DNA of 64,000 bases from Macrostomum hystrix (Eukaryota > Animalia > Platyhelminthes). The translations under genes were made by a program, and so were the position numbers. Of the stretch, positions 1-10,900 are shown piece after piece (positions within the stretch are counted from its first letter, which is position 1; each line of letters opens with the position of its first letter). The stretch spans positions 1 to 64,000 of the forward strand of contig CATNEN010000038.1 in assembly GCA_950097015.1 (NCBI GenBank). Direction: 5' to 3'. The notes beneath the pieces were generated by a model that worked only from the letters and a program-made list of their open reading frames with translations, did no database searches and was not told where the DNA came from.

Positions 1-250
1 GGGTGAAGGGAGATGGTGAAGGGAGATGATTGAAGGGAGATGGGTGAAGGGAGAAGGGTGAAGGGAGATGGGTGAAGGGAGATGGGTGAAGGGAGATGAT
101 TGAAGGGAGATGGGTGAAGGGAGATGGGTGAAGGGAGATGGGTGAAGGGAGATGGGTGAAGGGAGATGGGTGAAGGGAGATGGGTGAAGGGAGATGATTG
201 AAGGGAGATGGGTGAAGGGAGATGGGTGAAGGGAGATGGGTGAAGGGAGA
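1..250. repeat. 14-bp minisatellite (GGGTGAAGGGAGAT)n, intronic
   Basis: Tandem units directly visible. Confidence 0.95.
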
Positions 251-294
251 TAAGTGAGGGGAGATTTGTAAGGGAGAGCGCCACAAAGACCAAC

Positions 295-1408
295 CTTGGC
301 AGGTGAGCCAGGTGCTGAGCATGTAAAGCATGAACCGTTGCAGCTCCTCCTGACGCAGCCAGCTGTCCCTGCTGCTAAACTTCGCTACCGCCGCTAGTAG
401 CATCGAGTCGACGAAGACGCTGATGAACTCCAGTCCGAAGCCGTAGGGACCCCAGACAGTCAGGTCGCTGACGCAGTCGGCCGAGCTGGCGAGGCGCAGG
501 CTGTGGTAGGCCGTGAGTCCCAATGACCAATAGGAGCGCGCGTACCAGAAGGCCAGCTGAGAAGCGAGAGAATATTGGGAAAATTAGGACTTAGATCCTG
601 GATTTATGCTATGGGTGCCCCGGAACACCCCAGATACCACAATGATTAACCCAGCAACACCCCAGATACCACAATGATTACCCAAGCAACACACCAGATA
701 CCACAATGATTACCCCAGCAACACCCCAGATACCACAATGATTACCCCAGCAACACCCCAGATATCACAATTATTACCCCAGCAACACACCAGATACCAC
801 AATGATTACCCCAGAAACACCCCAGATACCACAATGATTAACCCAGCAACACACCAGATACCACAATGATTAACCCAGCAACACCCCAGATATCACAATG
901 ATTACCCCAGCAACACACCAGATATCACAATGATTACCCCAGCAACACACCAGATACCACAATGATTAACCCAGAAACACCCCAGATACCACAATCGGTA
1001 CTGATGATTTATGCAAACCTGTCCACCAAATAGCTGGGCAGCCATGAGGCCGAAGGTCTCAGCCAATCCAATCTGGCCCCGCTGCCGCATGCGCCAGTGC
1101 TTGCATGGGTTGCCGGCGCAGCCTGGTGGCAGGCTAAGCGAGTGGTAGTAGCCAACGCTAAAGAGCACAATGGCATAGGCCATCATGCCATAGCATTTGC
1201 GCGAGGTGCCATTCTCAAGACTGCAGGCACAGGTTTGAAATGCTGTAATAAAGTTCAACAGGTAAGGTACAGTCCAGCAACCTGGAGGTGCAGTACTTTG
1301 TACAAGGAAGCGCAGACAGCGACCTAGTAGGATGGTGCCACTGTAGTACATGAGTGAGATGAGTACAGTGAGATTGTCATAGTCAGGGTTGCTGGCCAGT
1401 GATGTCAT
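295..1408 (-). CDS. Unorthodox aquaporin (AQP11/AQP12-like), first two coding exons; 3' end lies outside the window
   Basis: Exon 1408..1019 (MTSLASNP...FITAFQTCACSLENG...YG...AGNPCKHW...AQLFGGQ|gtttgc) joins in phase 0 to exon 556..295 (cag|LAFWYARSYWSLGLTAYH...CVSDLTVWGPYGFGLEFISVF...TCQ|gttggt). Hydrophobic helices, first NPA box changed to NPC, and the W-x-L-x-L-x-x-x-H..C-x-S-D-L segment are typical of AQP11/12. Confidence 0.75.
622..995. repeat. ~31-bp minisatellite (CCCAGCAACACCCCAGATACCACAATGATTA)n in aquaporin intron
   Basis: About 12 tandem units visible. Confidence 0.95.
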
Positions 1409-3573
1409 GATAAACTATAGCTGCAGTGCTGATTTAATCTGAACTCTTTGAAGACCCTGAAAAAGAGATGGTAATATTATGATTAAAAACCATGAGTACA
1501 TTAGCATGTAAAGCAAGCTGGCTCACAAGTCAAAACTTTAGGAAAATTCAAAATCAGCTAGAGATGCATTTAAAGCATTGTTTTATATCTCGACAAACAA
1601 TGGTTGGTGCAAGTGCTATCCACAATGTAGCTATACACTTAGAACTTAGAACTAACCTGACAAATAGATAATATGTGAAAATTTACATTAATGCATATCT
1701 TGCACGTACATGTTTTCTCAAAATAGGTCCCAAAGTTGAAAAAGAAAACAGTTGTTCTTGGTATGATGTTGGTAGACAACTTTAGCTATGCGTATTTATA
1801 TATATTCAACTATATATATATATACTCTTGATCTAGGTCTTCAAAATAAAATATCTAAATTGGAGAAGTAGTGCTCATATCAAGATGATATAAATTCATT
1901 CTTAAACCTAAAAAACGCAAAGTGAATGAGGCAGGTCCATCTTTTATATCATATAAACCCAACCAAATTGCCGCCAAAAACAATTAAAACAATTAAACAA
2001 TCGAACAATTAAAACAAACAGTGCTTTTTTAGCTGTTGTGTTCCCCCTCCATTTTGTAAATGCTGGGTATAAATATAGCTGCCCACAGAGGCCAAAAATC
2101 ATACTCAAAGTTTTGGCTAAAGGCCCCAAATCATAATTCATAATAGCAGTGTAATAAATCAGATTGGAATTGAGTTCTGTGTTGATGATTTCCCAGAGTT
2201 AAAGGTTGATTGGACAAAGTCATATGCTAGAGTAAATTTGAATAAAGAAAGGAAGTTTAACAATCATACTGAAACAAGGGATAAATTCCAAATAAGAAGA
2301 AGGAAATTCCAGAGTTAGTTTTTATATAGGTGCATGGAGACTGGGAAATTTTGATCCATTGGAAACCTGAATGGACTGGTTAGATTGCCAATGGTTAGAG
2401 GATTATAATTGGAGTGTCTTGTCGCTTGGACACAGTCAGTATATGCTACCTGGAAAAAACTAAAATTAAATTGTTTCAGGCAATTTACACAAGTACATAT
2501 AGATTGTATTAATTAAACTGAGCAATTTGGCCCTTGGGCATAAGTGAACAAATACATATATACTCGTATCTGTATATATAAATATGAAAGAGGTTGTTAA
2601 TAGAGAAAGAGGCCTCCCACATGAATCATATAAACAAAAGTTAAATACTACAGACAAGGCCACAACTTAGAAGCAAGTTGGATAAGATTAAAGTTTGTAT
2701 AATCGATGAGGTTATTCAACTAGGTCTAAGATTCAAAATGTGTACCTCTATTACAAAGCTGCAGGAAACTTTTAAGCCTATTCACAGCATATAAATTAAG
2801 CTCAAAGTAAAGATTGGATTATGTAATTATACAATAATAATAATAATGTATATCAAAATATACGAAAATCTTAACGACTCAGATGATGTAATTCGAAGAA
2901 AGCTAGTAATTAAACAGGTAGCTCACGAAACATCAAATAATAGAATAACAAGTCAATAATATATTTGATCCAGGATTAAAAATTTCAAGCAAATATTTTG
3001 GTCTTATTGCTTTTCAATGTAAATATTATTTACGATTTAGGGTCAAGTGCAACGATTATGCTGACCAACCACTTAGTCGGTACGGAGAACGCAAATATGT
3101 GGCCTCAAGCCGGGCTAGGAGCGTGCTCTCCTGCTCCGGCCCAAAACCGCCTAGCAGGGATTGGAGCACAATCTGCGTCTTGCTTGTTGTGGAGCATGCT
3201 CCGCTTATCAAGCTTGGTTGGATTGAGATTACTAGCGTTGATGTAATATGTCATTCGCACTTAGCTAAAAATATTTGAAATAAATTTAAAAACAGTATTT
3301 GAAACAAAGTATAAAGCAATTTTCTTATTTGCTTTATTTACAACATTCCAGTTACCTTTTTATTGGAAATAATGCTCGAAAATTTGCTACGAAATGTACT
3401 TATTAGATAAGAATGCTTTACTAGAGCAGTTAAATGAAGTGCCCATTCAAATATAGTGTGATATTATGTTGATTTAGCTAAGAGAAGGCATAAGCTATCA
3501 TGTCATAATTTGTTGTTTTAATTTGTTGTCATAATTTGTAATTATATATATTATATATAATATAATTCATGTC

Positions 3574-3935
3574 TGGGATGTCGGTGGCACAGCGGTTAAC
3601 GCATTTGCCTCTCGCGCCTCGGTGCCTAAGTTCGATTCCGCGGCGAGGCCACATTTATTTGGGGCGCAGCTGTGGAGTGAAGGCTTGGGGGCTTGTCGTG
3701 CAATTTACGCCCTTGAGGACCAACCTCGACCTCAATGGCACAGTGATCAGTGTACACTGCATGACAATAAGAAAGTCAGGGCCGATGTACACACCTGTGT
3801 GAGTGTGTGCCTGCGTAAGTTATCTGTGTGCGTGTGTGCTCAGGAGTCAGCGAAATGGGCAGAACTGCCTCCTTGCTGGCTGCGGGTCTAGTGTCATCAA
3901 ATGATGTGCCATTGCCCGCAGCCCTGCTGTAATAA
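3574..3935 (+). mobile_element. tRNA-derived SINE, family A (longest copy)
   Basis: A-box GTGGCACAGCGGTTAACGC, B-box GTTCGATTCC, and 3' hairpin GGCTGCGGG...CCCGCAGCC; homologous to 9385-9630 and 16108-16372. Confidence 0.75.
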
Positions 3936-3974
3936 ACATAATATGCATACAATTTTATATTTGAAGTTACTATC

Positions 3975-4120
3975 TTCCCCGTCTTATCTCGTCCCCTGTC
4001 TCATCTCGTCCCCTGTCTCATCTCTTCCTTGTCTCATCTCTTCCCTGTCTCATCTCTTCCCTGTCTCATCTCTTCCCTGTCTCATCTCTCCCCTGTCTCA
4101 TCTTTCCCTGTCTTATCTCT
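3975..4120. repeat. CT-rich ~16-bp minisatellite (CCCTGTCTCATCTCTT)
   Basis: Tandem units visible. Confidence 0.85.
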
Positions 4121-4149
4121 TCTTTCGTTTCATTCTGATGATTACTATT

Positions 4150-4473
4150 TTGTCATCAGCTGTACATGTGCTTGACTCTATGTAATCAGCTGTACATGTG
4201 CTTGACTCTATGTAATCAGCTGTACATGTGCTTGACTCTATGTAATCAGCTGTACATGTGCTTGACTCTTTGTCATCAGCTGTACATGTGCTTGACTCTT
4301 TGTCATCAGCTGTACATGTGCTTGACTCTATGTAATCAGCTGTACATGTGCTTGACTCTATGTAATCAGCTGTACATGTGCTTGACTCTATGTAATCAGC
4401 TGTACATGTGCTTGACTCTTTGTCATCAGCTGTACATGTGCTTGACTCTATGTCATCAGCTGTACATGTGCTT
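4150..4473. repeat. 30-bp minisatellite (TCAGCTGTACATGTGCTTGACTCTATGTAA)n
   Basis: About 11 near-perfect units. Confidence 0.95.
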
Positions 4474-4962
4474 AATTCCCCGTATCAAAGACTAACGCGT
4501 TGACCTGGGAAATTACAGTACGGATAAATAAGCAAGCAATAAGCCCATGCACCTGTCCTAGATCATTGAACATGCTGGTGTGGCAGCATTAGTACGAAAC
4601 AGACAATCTGTCTCGACGGCATTTTCAACTTGCCTGCAATGAACCATGAATTAAATATAACAAAATTAAGACTATATTTTGAAACTTTCCGTGTCTGACC
4701 ATGCCGGCTGATGCTATTTATGTAGCTTCGTATACTCGAATGCTTTTAGTTGTTTTTCTAGTTGCCATTTACACTCGATTCAACTTAACCTTAGTTATGA
4801 GCGTTGTCAATTACATGCAAATAAAAAGCTCTATTAATCAAATTGCACTTACAGTACCTATGAAGCTAGTGCAAAACCTAAAAAATGAAAAGTGGCCTGA
4901 TGGGTGCGCAAGCTGCAGCGCGCCATGCATCAAGTCTCAAAAGCTACAAGGAAATTTTCGGG

Positions 4963-6503
4963 TCACTCCAGCTCTTCCTCCTCTTCCTCGTACTCGTCCT
5001 CATCATCGGCTGTGGCATCCTGGTACTGCTGCAGCTCAGACACCAGGTCGTTGATGTTGGACTCAGCCTCCATAAACTCGTGATCGTCCATGCCTTCGTT
5101 GGTGTACCAGTGCAGAAAGGCTTTCCGCCTGAACATGGCGCTGAACTGTTCGGAGACACGCTTGAACAGCTCCTGGATGGAGGTGGAGTTGCCGATGAAA
5201 GTGACGGACATCTTCAGGCCGCGGGGAGGAATGTCGCACACCGCAGTCTTGATGTTGTTGGGAATCCACTCCACGAAGTAGGAGCTGTTCTTGTTCTGCA
5301 GGTTGAGCATCTGTTCCTCGACCTCCTTGGTGGACATGCGGCCGCGGAAGATGGCAGCCACGGTGAGGTAGCGGCCGTGCTTCGGGTCGCAGGCGGCCAT
5401 CATGTTCTTGGCGTCGAACATCTGCAAGGTGAGCTCGGCCACGCTCACCTGCTTGTAGGAGCTGCTGCCGCGAGCAACCAGCGGGGCGAAGCCGGGCATG
5501 AAGAAGTGCAGGCGGGGGAAGGGCACCATGTTCACGGCCAGCTTGCGCAGGTCGGCGTTCAGCTGGCCAGGGAAGCGCACGCAGGTGGTGACGCCGGACA
5601 TTGCCGCGCTCACCAGGTGGTTCAGGTCGCTGTAGCTCGGTGTGGACAGCTTCAGAGTGTGGAAGCTGATGTAGTACAGGGCCTCATTGTCGATGCAGAA
5701 GGTCTCATCGGTGTTTTCCACCAGGTGGTGCATTGCCAGCATGCAGTTGTAGGGCTCCACCACCGTATCTGATACCTGCAGAGTGTTGAACAGTGAGAAT
5801 ACATGAGTCGAGACTTACACCTGGTGCAGACATAGACATTCCTCAATATTTCTAAGCCCTGAATCGAACCAAGGACTAACCTTTGGTGACGGTACGACCG
5901 AGAAGGCCTCGATGATGCGGTCCGGGTACTCCTCTCGTATCTTGCCGAGCAGCAGGGAGCCGAAGCCGGAGCCCGTGCCGCCGCCAAGCGAGTGGCACAT
6001 TTGGAAGCCCTGAAGGCAGTCGCAGCCTTCGGTCTCCTTCCTGATGACGTCTAACACCTTTTCAGCAATCTCAGCGCCCTCAGTGTAGTAGCCCTTGGCC
6101 CAGTTGTTGCCGGCGCCGCTTTTGCCAAACACAAAGTTGTCAGGCTGGAACAGCATGCCGAACGCGCTGGCACGAACGCTGTCCATTGTGCCGGGCTCCA
6201 GGTCCACCAGCACAGCTCTGGGGACGTACTTTCCACCGGTGCCCTCGTTGAAGTACACATTGATTCGCTCCAGCTGCAGGTCCGAGTCGCCGTGGTAGGT
6301 GCCGGTGGGGTCAATGCCGTGCTCATCTGAGATCACCTCCCAGAACTGTCAGGGGTAGGTGACAATTGTTGCGGGGGGAATGAATTGGCCAGGTTGGCAA
6401 AAGTAATTTTCAAATAGTTTATCAAAGCGCTGGAAAATTATCTGACCTTGGACCCGATTTGATTGCCGCATTGTCCAGCCTGCAGGTGAACAATCTCTCG
6501 CAT
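4963..6503 (-). CDS. TUBB: Beta-tubulin, divergent paralog, 3 exons, 444 aa
   Basis: Exons 6503..6447 ([19 protein letters not shown]), 6345..5881 ([15 protein letters not shown]...GGGTGSG...VVPSPK) and 5775..4963 ([10 protein letters not shown]...[21 protein letters not shown]). Both introns are GT-AG in phase 0. MREI N-terminus and tubulin signature motif present. Confidence 0.97.
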
Positions 6504-6809
6504 TTCTGATGCGTTTGTTCCGACTAGTTAAAAAAGCAACTGAAGACCTCACGCTGGTTATTGTTGACTTGACTAGCCGACTTTCAACACTAGCACTGCT
6601 ATGCAACTATGCGATTGAAAATTAGCACCAAGCACTGTACTGTTTAGACGATTATGTTCTAGGGACTGGGGCCTCAGACCCCAGTATGAACCATAGAATA
6701 CCGTGTGGTCTCAACTAAACTGAGCTTATCGGTGAATCATCTATCGCATCAAATCACGCTAAAGTACTCATAGAGCATGACATTTTGCATTTAATAATGC
6801 TATGTAATA

Positions 6810-7098
6810 ATCACCAGTCTAAACACCTTCGGGTCAGATATGCAGCCAACAGCACAGCCGCAGCAATTGCGCGGCGCATCTGAAGGCTGCGTACGGCTGT
6901 CCAGTCCATGGACTGGGGGGACGCAACACCCACCCTCAATTTCCACAGCTGATGCTGGTACCCAATTAGCTCCTGGGGTAACTGAAGCAATGCAGAGTCG
7001 TGTCTTGGCAAAGGACACCTATAGTTCATGTGAGTCAGGAATCGAACCACCGACCTTCGAGTCTTAAGTCCGATGCTCTAACCACTAGGCTACACCCC
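6810..7098 (-). mobile_element. tRNA-derived SINE, family B (CORE-like)
   Basis: Minus strand reads GGTGTAGCCTAGTGGTTAGAGC (A-box) ... GGTTCGATTCC (B-box), then GTGTCCTTTGCCAAGACAC...TGCTTCAGTTACCCCAGG..TGGGTACC, resembling the CORE domain; homologous to 23165-23395. Confidence 0.75.
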
Positions 7099-7719
7099 GT
7101 CTCGAATAAATTCAAATCGAAATTGAAATTGAATCTCAAATTAAACTAGGTGTAAACTTCCGATTAAAATGGTAGTTTTGCTTATATTTTGAAAAGAGTA
7201 CAGTCAAGTTTTCGAGTTTTCGAGTTTTCGCGCAGAAAACTAAATCAGGCATGACTATGCGTATATTTGATTGCTCTTTGTTTTACTAAACAAGTTAACG
7301 AGTGTTTAAAAAGCGTTAAAATGAGAAAATGTTAAAAATGACGACAATTTGAAGAGTGAATCGAAGCAATTCTATACAACAACAACACAGAAAGCAGCGG
7401 TGCTAACAGCAAGGACAACAACAGACACAAACCGTTTACGGAAAGGCGCTATCGTTCTCAAGCTTCTTAAACTGCTTGTGAGCCACATGAGACAGTTAAT
7501 GGCATTTTGCGATGCATTGCATGCTTGTTGACAATTTTTTAACAGGTATTTGTCTATGGCCGAACCTGACCTGAAAAATGAGCACAAAACTGAATGGAGA
7601 ATGCACAGTGCTTTCTCGTGTATTGGCCTCTATAACACTGCAGCTGTCTCAAATGACCCACATGTACACTTGGCTAACTTTTCACACCTGTTGTCTCTCT
7701 CATGATAACTAGCCGCAGG

Positions 7720-7954
7720 TCAGACAAAACTTGCGTCTGCGTACGGATTGAAGGCCGAGAATTTTCGCCGGTCCATCGGTGTCGCCGGCTGGCTTTTGGC
7801 GTGCTGCGCCACAGGCAGCTGGTGAGACATTGCGGAGCTCGACACCACGGCTGTGCGCAGGCTCGCCGAATTGGCTCTCTCGAAGACGCCTGGAACAACT
7901 GGACAGCCGGCCTGGTAGTAGACTGGAGACTGTGCATCGGCCGCGGCCTGCTGC

Positions 7955-7992
<38 letters not shown>

Positions 7993-10900
7993 AAGTGGCG
8001 GCTTCTTTCGTCTGGCAGTTCCAACCGGAGCCGGTCGCAGAGACTGATAGTCAGACGGGTGAGCGGGCATCGAGCAGACCACGGTCATTGGAGCTGGGAG
8101 GAATTCAGTTGGGAATCTAGATTAACTGCCATGCTCACTGCTATTAACTTGAGTACAATGCTCACTGCTATTATCTTGAGTACAATGCTCACTGCTATTA
8201 TCTTGAGCACAATGCTCACTGCTGTTATCTTGAGTACAATGCTCACTGCTGTTATCTTGAGTACAATGCTCACTGCTGTTATCTTGAGTACAATGCTCAC
8301 TGCTGTTATCTTGAGTACAATGCTCACTTCTGTTATCTTGAGTACAATGCTCACTGCTATTATCTTGAGCACAATGCTCACTGCTGTTATCTTGAGTACA
8401 ATGCTCACTGCTGTTATCTTGAGTACAATGCTCACTTCTGTTATCTTGAGTACAATGCTCACTGCTGTTATCTTGAGTACAATGCTCACTGCTGTTATCT
8501 TGAGTACAATGCTCACTGCTATTATCTTGAGCACAATGCTCACTGCTGTTATCTTGAGTACAATGCTCACTGCTGTTATCTTGAGTACAATGCTCACTGC
8601 TGTTATCTTGAGTACAATGCTCACTGCTGTTATCTTGAGTACAATGCTCACTTCTGTTATCTTGAGTACAATGCTCACTGCTGTTATCTTGAGTACAATG
8701 CTCACTGCTGTTATCTTGAGTACAATGCTCACTGCTGTTATCTTGAGTACAATGCTCACTGCTGTTATCTTGAGTACAATGCTCACTGCTGTTATCTTGA
8801 GTACAATGCTCACTGCTGTTATCTTGAGTACAATGCTCACTGCTGTTATCTTGAGTACAATGCTCACTGCTGAATTGATTCAGCATTCTAATAAAGCAAA
8901 CATTTTGAAAATCTGTTGCACGATACGGAACTCATCAATGTTTTTCTCTAAGTGGTGCATCAGAATTTTTTATTTGCCCTGAGTATTTTCGGGACAGCCA
9001 GTCAGCCCTCACTTGTCCGGAAAATGGGGGTTTGGCGGTGAGCTGTCTCCCCAGTTTCTAAATTCTGAGCTGTATGACTGATCATACAAATAAAATGAGC
9101 ATAAAAAACAACTCGAATAAACAGGCAAAGAACTGGCAAACTTACTACTGTCAGTAGGCTGGTTAGCGAATGCAGCGTGGTGGCCGGCAGTTGTCAGCAT
9201 GTTGTAGAGCTGTGAAAGTCAATGGTGTGAATTTGAAATTTAAAATATAAATTAAACTGTTCTGATTATCCTAAATTAATATCTTAGCTGCTGATTCTAT
9301 CATCCAGGGGGGTCTTTCTCGAAATCAACTTTGACCATAGACGTAAGTTGGGGAAGAAGTGCTAGACCCCCAGGTCAGCTCAGAGGGGGTCAGTGGAAGG
9401 GCGTTCTAACGCGCTTTCCTCTCGCACCAAGGTCCCTGAGCTCGATTCCGGCGGCGAGGCCACATTCATTTGAAATCTGCGCACTTGAGTGCCAACCTAC
9501 GAGGCGTAGTGAGAGTGATCTAAATCGTCTGACTGACGATGAGAAAGTCAGGGCAGATGTACACAGCCTTGCCTCCTTGCTGGCTGCGGGTCTAGAGTCA
9601 TCAAATGATTTGCCCGCAGCCCTGCAGTTATTGTTAATATTAGGCGAGCTCATCCAATTAAAAATTTATTCATTTTGTGGAGTTTCGGGGTATTAATATT
9701 TGGCAGATTTATATGGAGTGATTGGCAGCTGTTGGATCATTGGAGCATAGCCGCTGAGCACAGTTCTCACAGAACCAATTCTCCAATGGTTCTCAGCGTT
9801 TCAGCTAATGAAATAATCGAGTACGGCTGCCATCGGCTGGCAATATCGCCACGCTGGCATGATCGTTAAGCCCTGCCTGACCGCGCATCCCTCAGAGTCT
9901 CAGGCCCGCCTGTCCGCCTTCTGCCAGGACCTGCTTTCCAGAAAGCCCTCCTTCGCCCCGACACTGCCTGACTTACGGTCACGAACCCGAGAGCCACCCT
10001 CTCTGCCCCTGCCTCTCACTCTCCCTCAATCTGAGGCATTGGTTATGACAGCGCGGACAGCCACCTCATTCCGTCATCAGCTATATTGCAGACCGAGGAC
10101 ATTGCTGGCTGGCTGAATAATTTTATATCCAGATATTAGTCAGATTGAGATTATTTTAGATTAAGTAAGTTTAGCATTAATAGTCTGAACGAATATCAAC
10201 TCAAAGCTTGCGAATTTCATGTCAAACAATCCTTATTCCACGCTTCCATGCTTCCTTGCTTCCGTACTTCCCTGCTTCCATAAATCCATGCTTCAATACT
10301 TCCCTGCTTCCATACTTCCCTGCTTCCATACTTCCCTGCTTCCATACTTCCTTGCTTCCGTACTTCCCTGCTTCCATAAATCCATGCTTCAATACTTCCC
10401 TGCTTCCATACTTCCCTGCTTCCATACTTCCCTGCTTCCATACTTCCCTGCTTCCATACTTCCTTGCTTCCGTACTTCCCTGCTTCCATACTTCCCTGCT
10501 TCCATACTTCCTTGCTTCCCTGCTTCCCTGCTTCCATACTTCCTTGCTTCCCTGCTACCCTGTTTCCATACTTCCTTGTTTCCATACTTCCTTGCTTCCA
10601 TACTTCCCTGCTTCCATACTTCCCTGCTTCCATACTTCCTTGCTTCCGTACTTCCCTGCTTCCATACTTCCTTGCTTCCCTGCTACCCTGTTTCCATACT
10701 TCCTTGTTTCCATACTTCCTTGCTTCCATACTTCCCTGCTTCCATACTTCCCTGCTTCCATACTTCCTTGCTTCCGTACTTCCTTGCTTCCATACTTCCT
10801 TGCTTCCATACTTCCCTGCTTCCATAAATCCATGCTTCCATACTTCCCTGCTTCCATACTTCCTTGCTTCCGTACTTCCTTGCTTCCATACTTCCCTGCT

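Noticed and set aside
2170-2460. AT-rich stretch with protein-like broken frames
   Set aside because: Multiple stops and no identifiable family motif.
4885-5772. 295-aa + strand ORF overlapping beta-tubulin
   Set aside because: Antisense shadow of a GC3-rich coding exon; no independent motif.
7030-7098. tRNA-like sequences here and at 3574, 12497, 20900, 23330
   Set aside because: A and B boxes are present but there is no complete cloverleaf; most continue into repeated SINE bodies.
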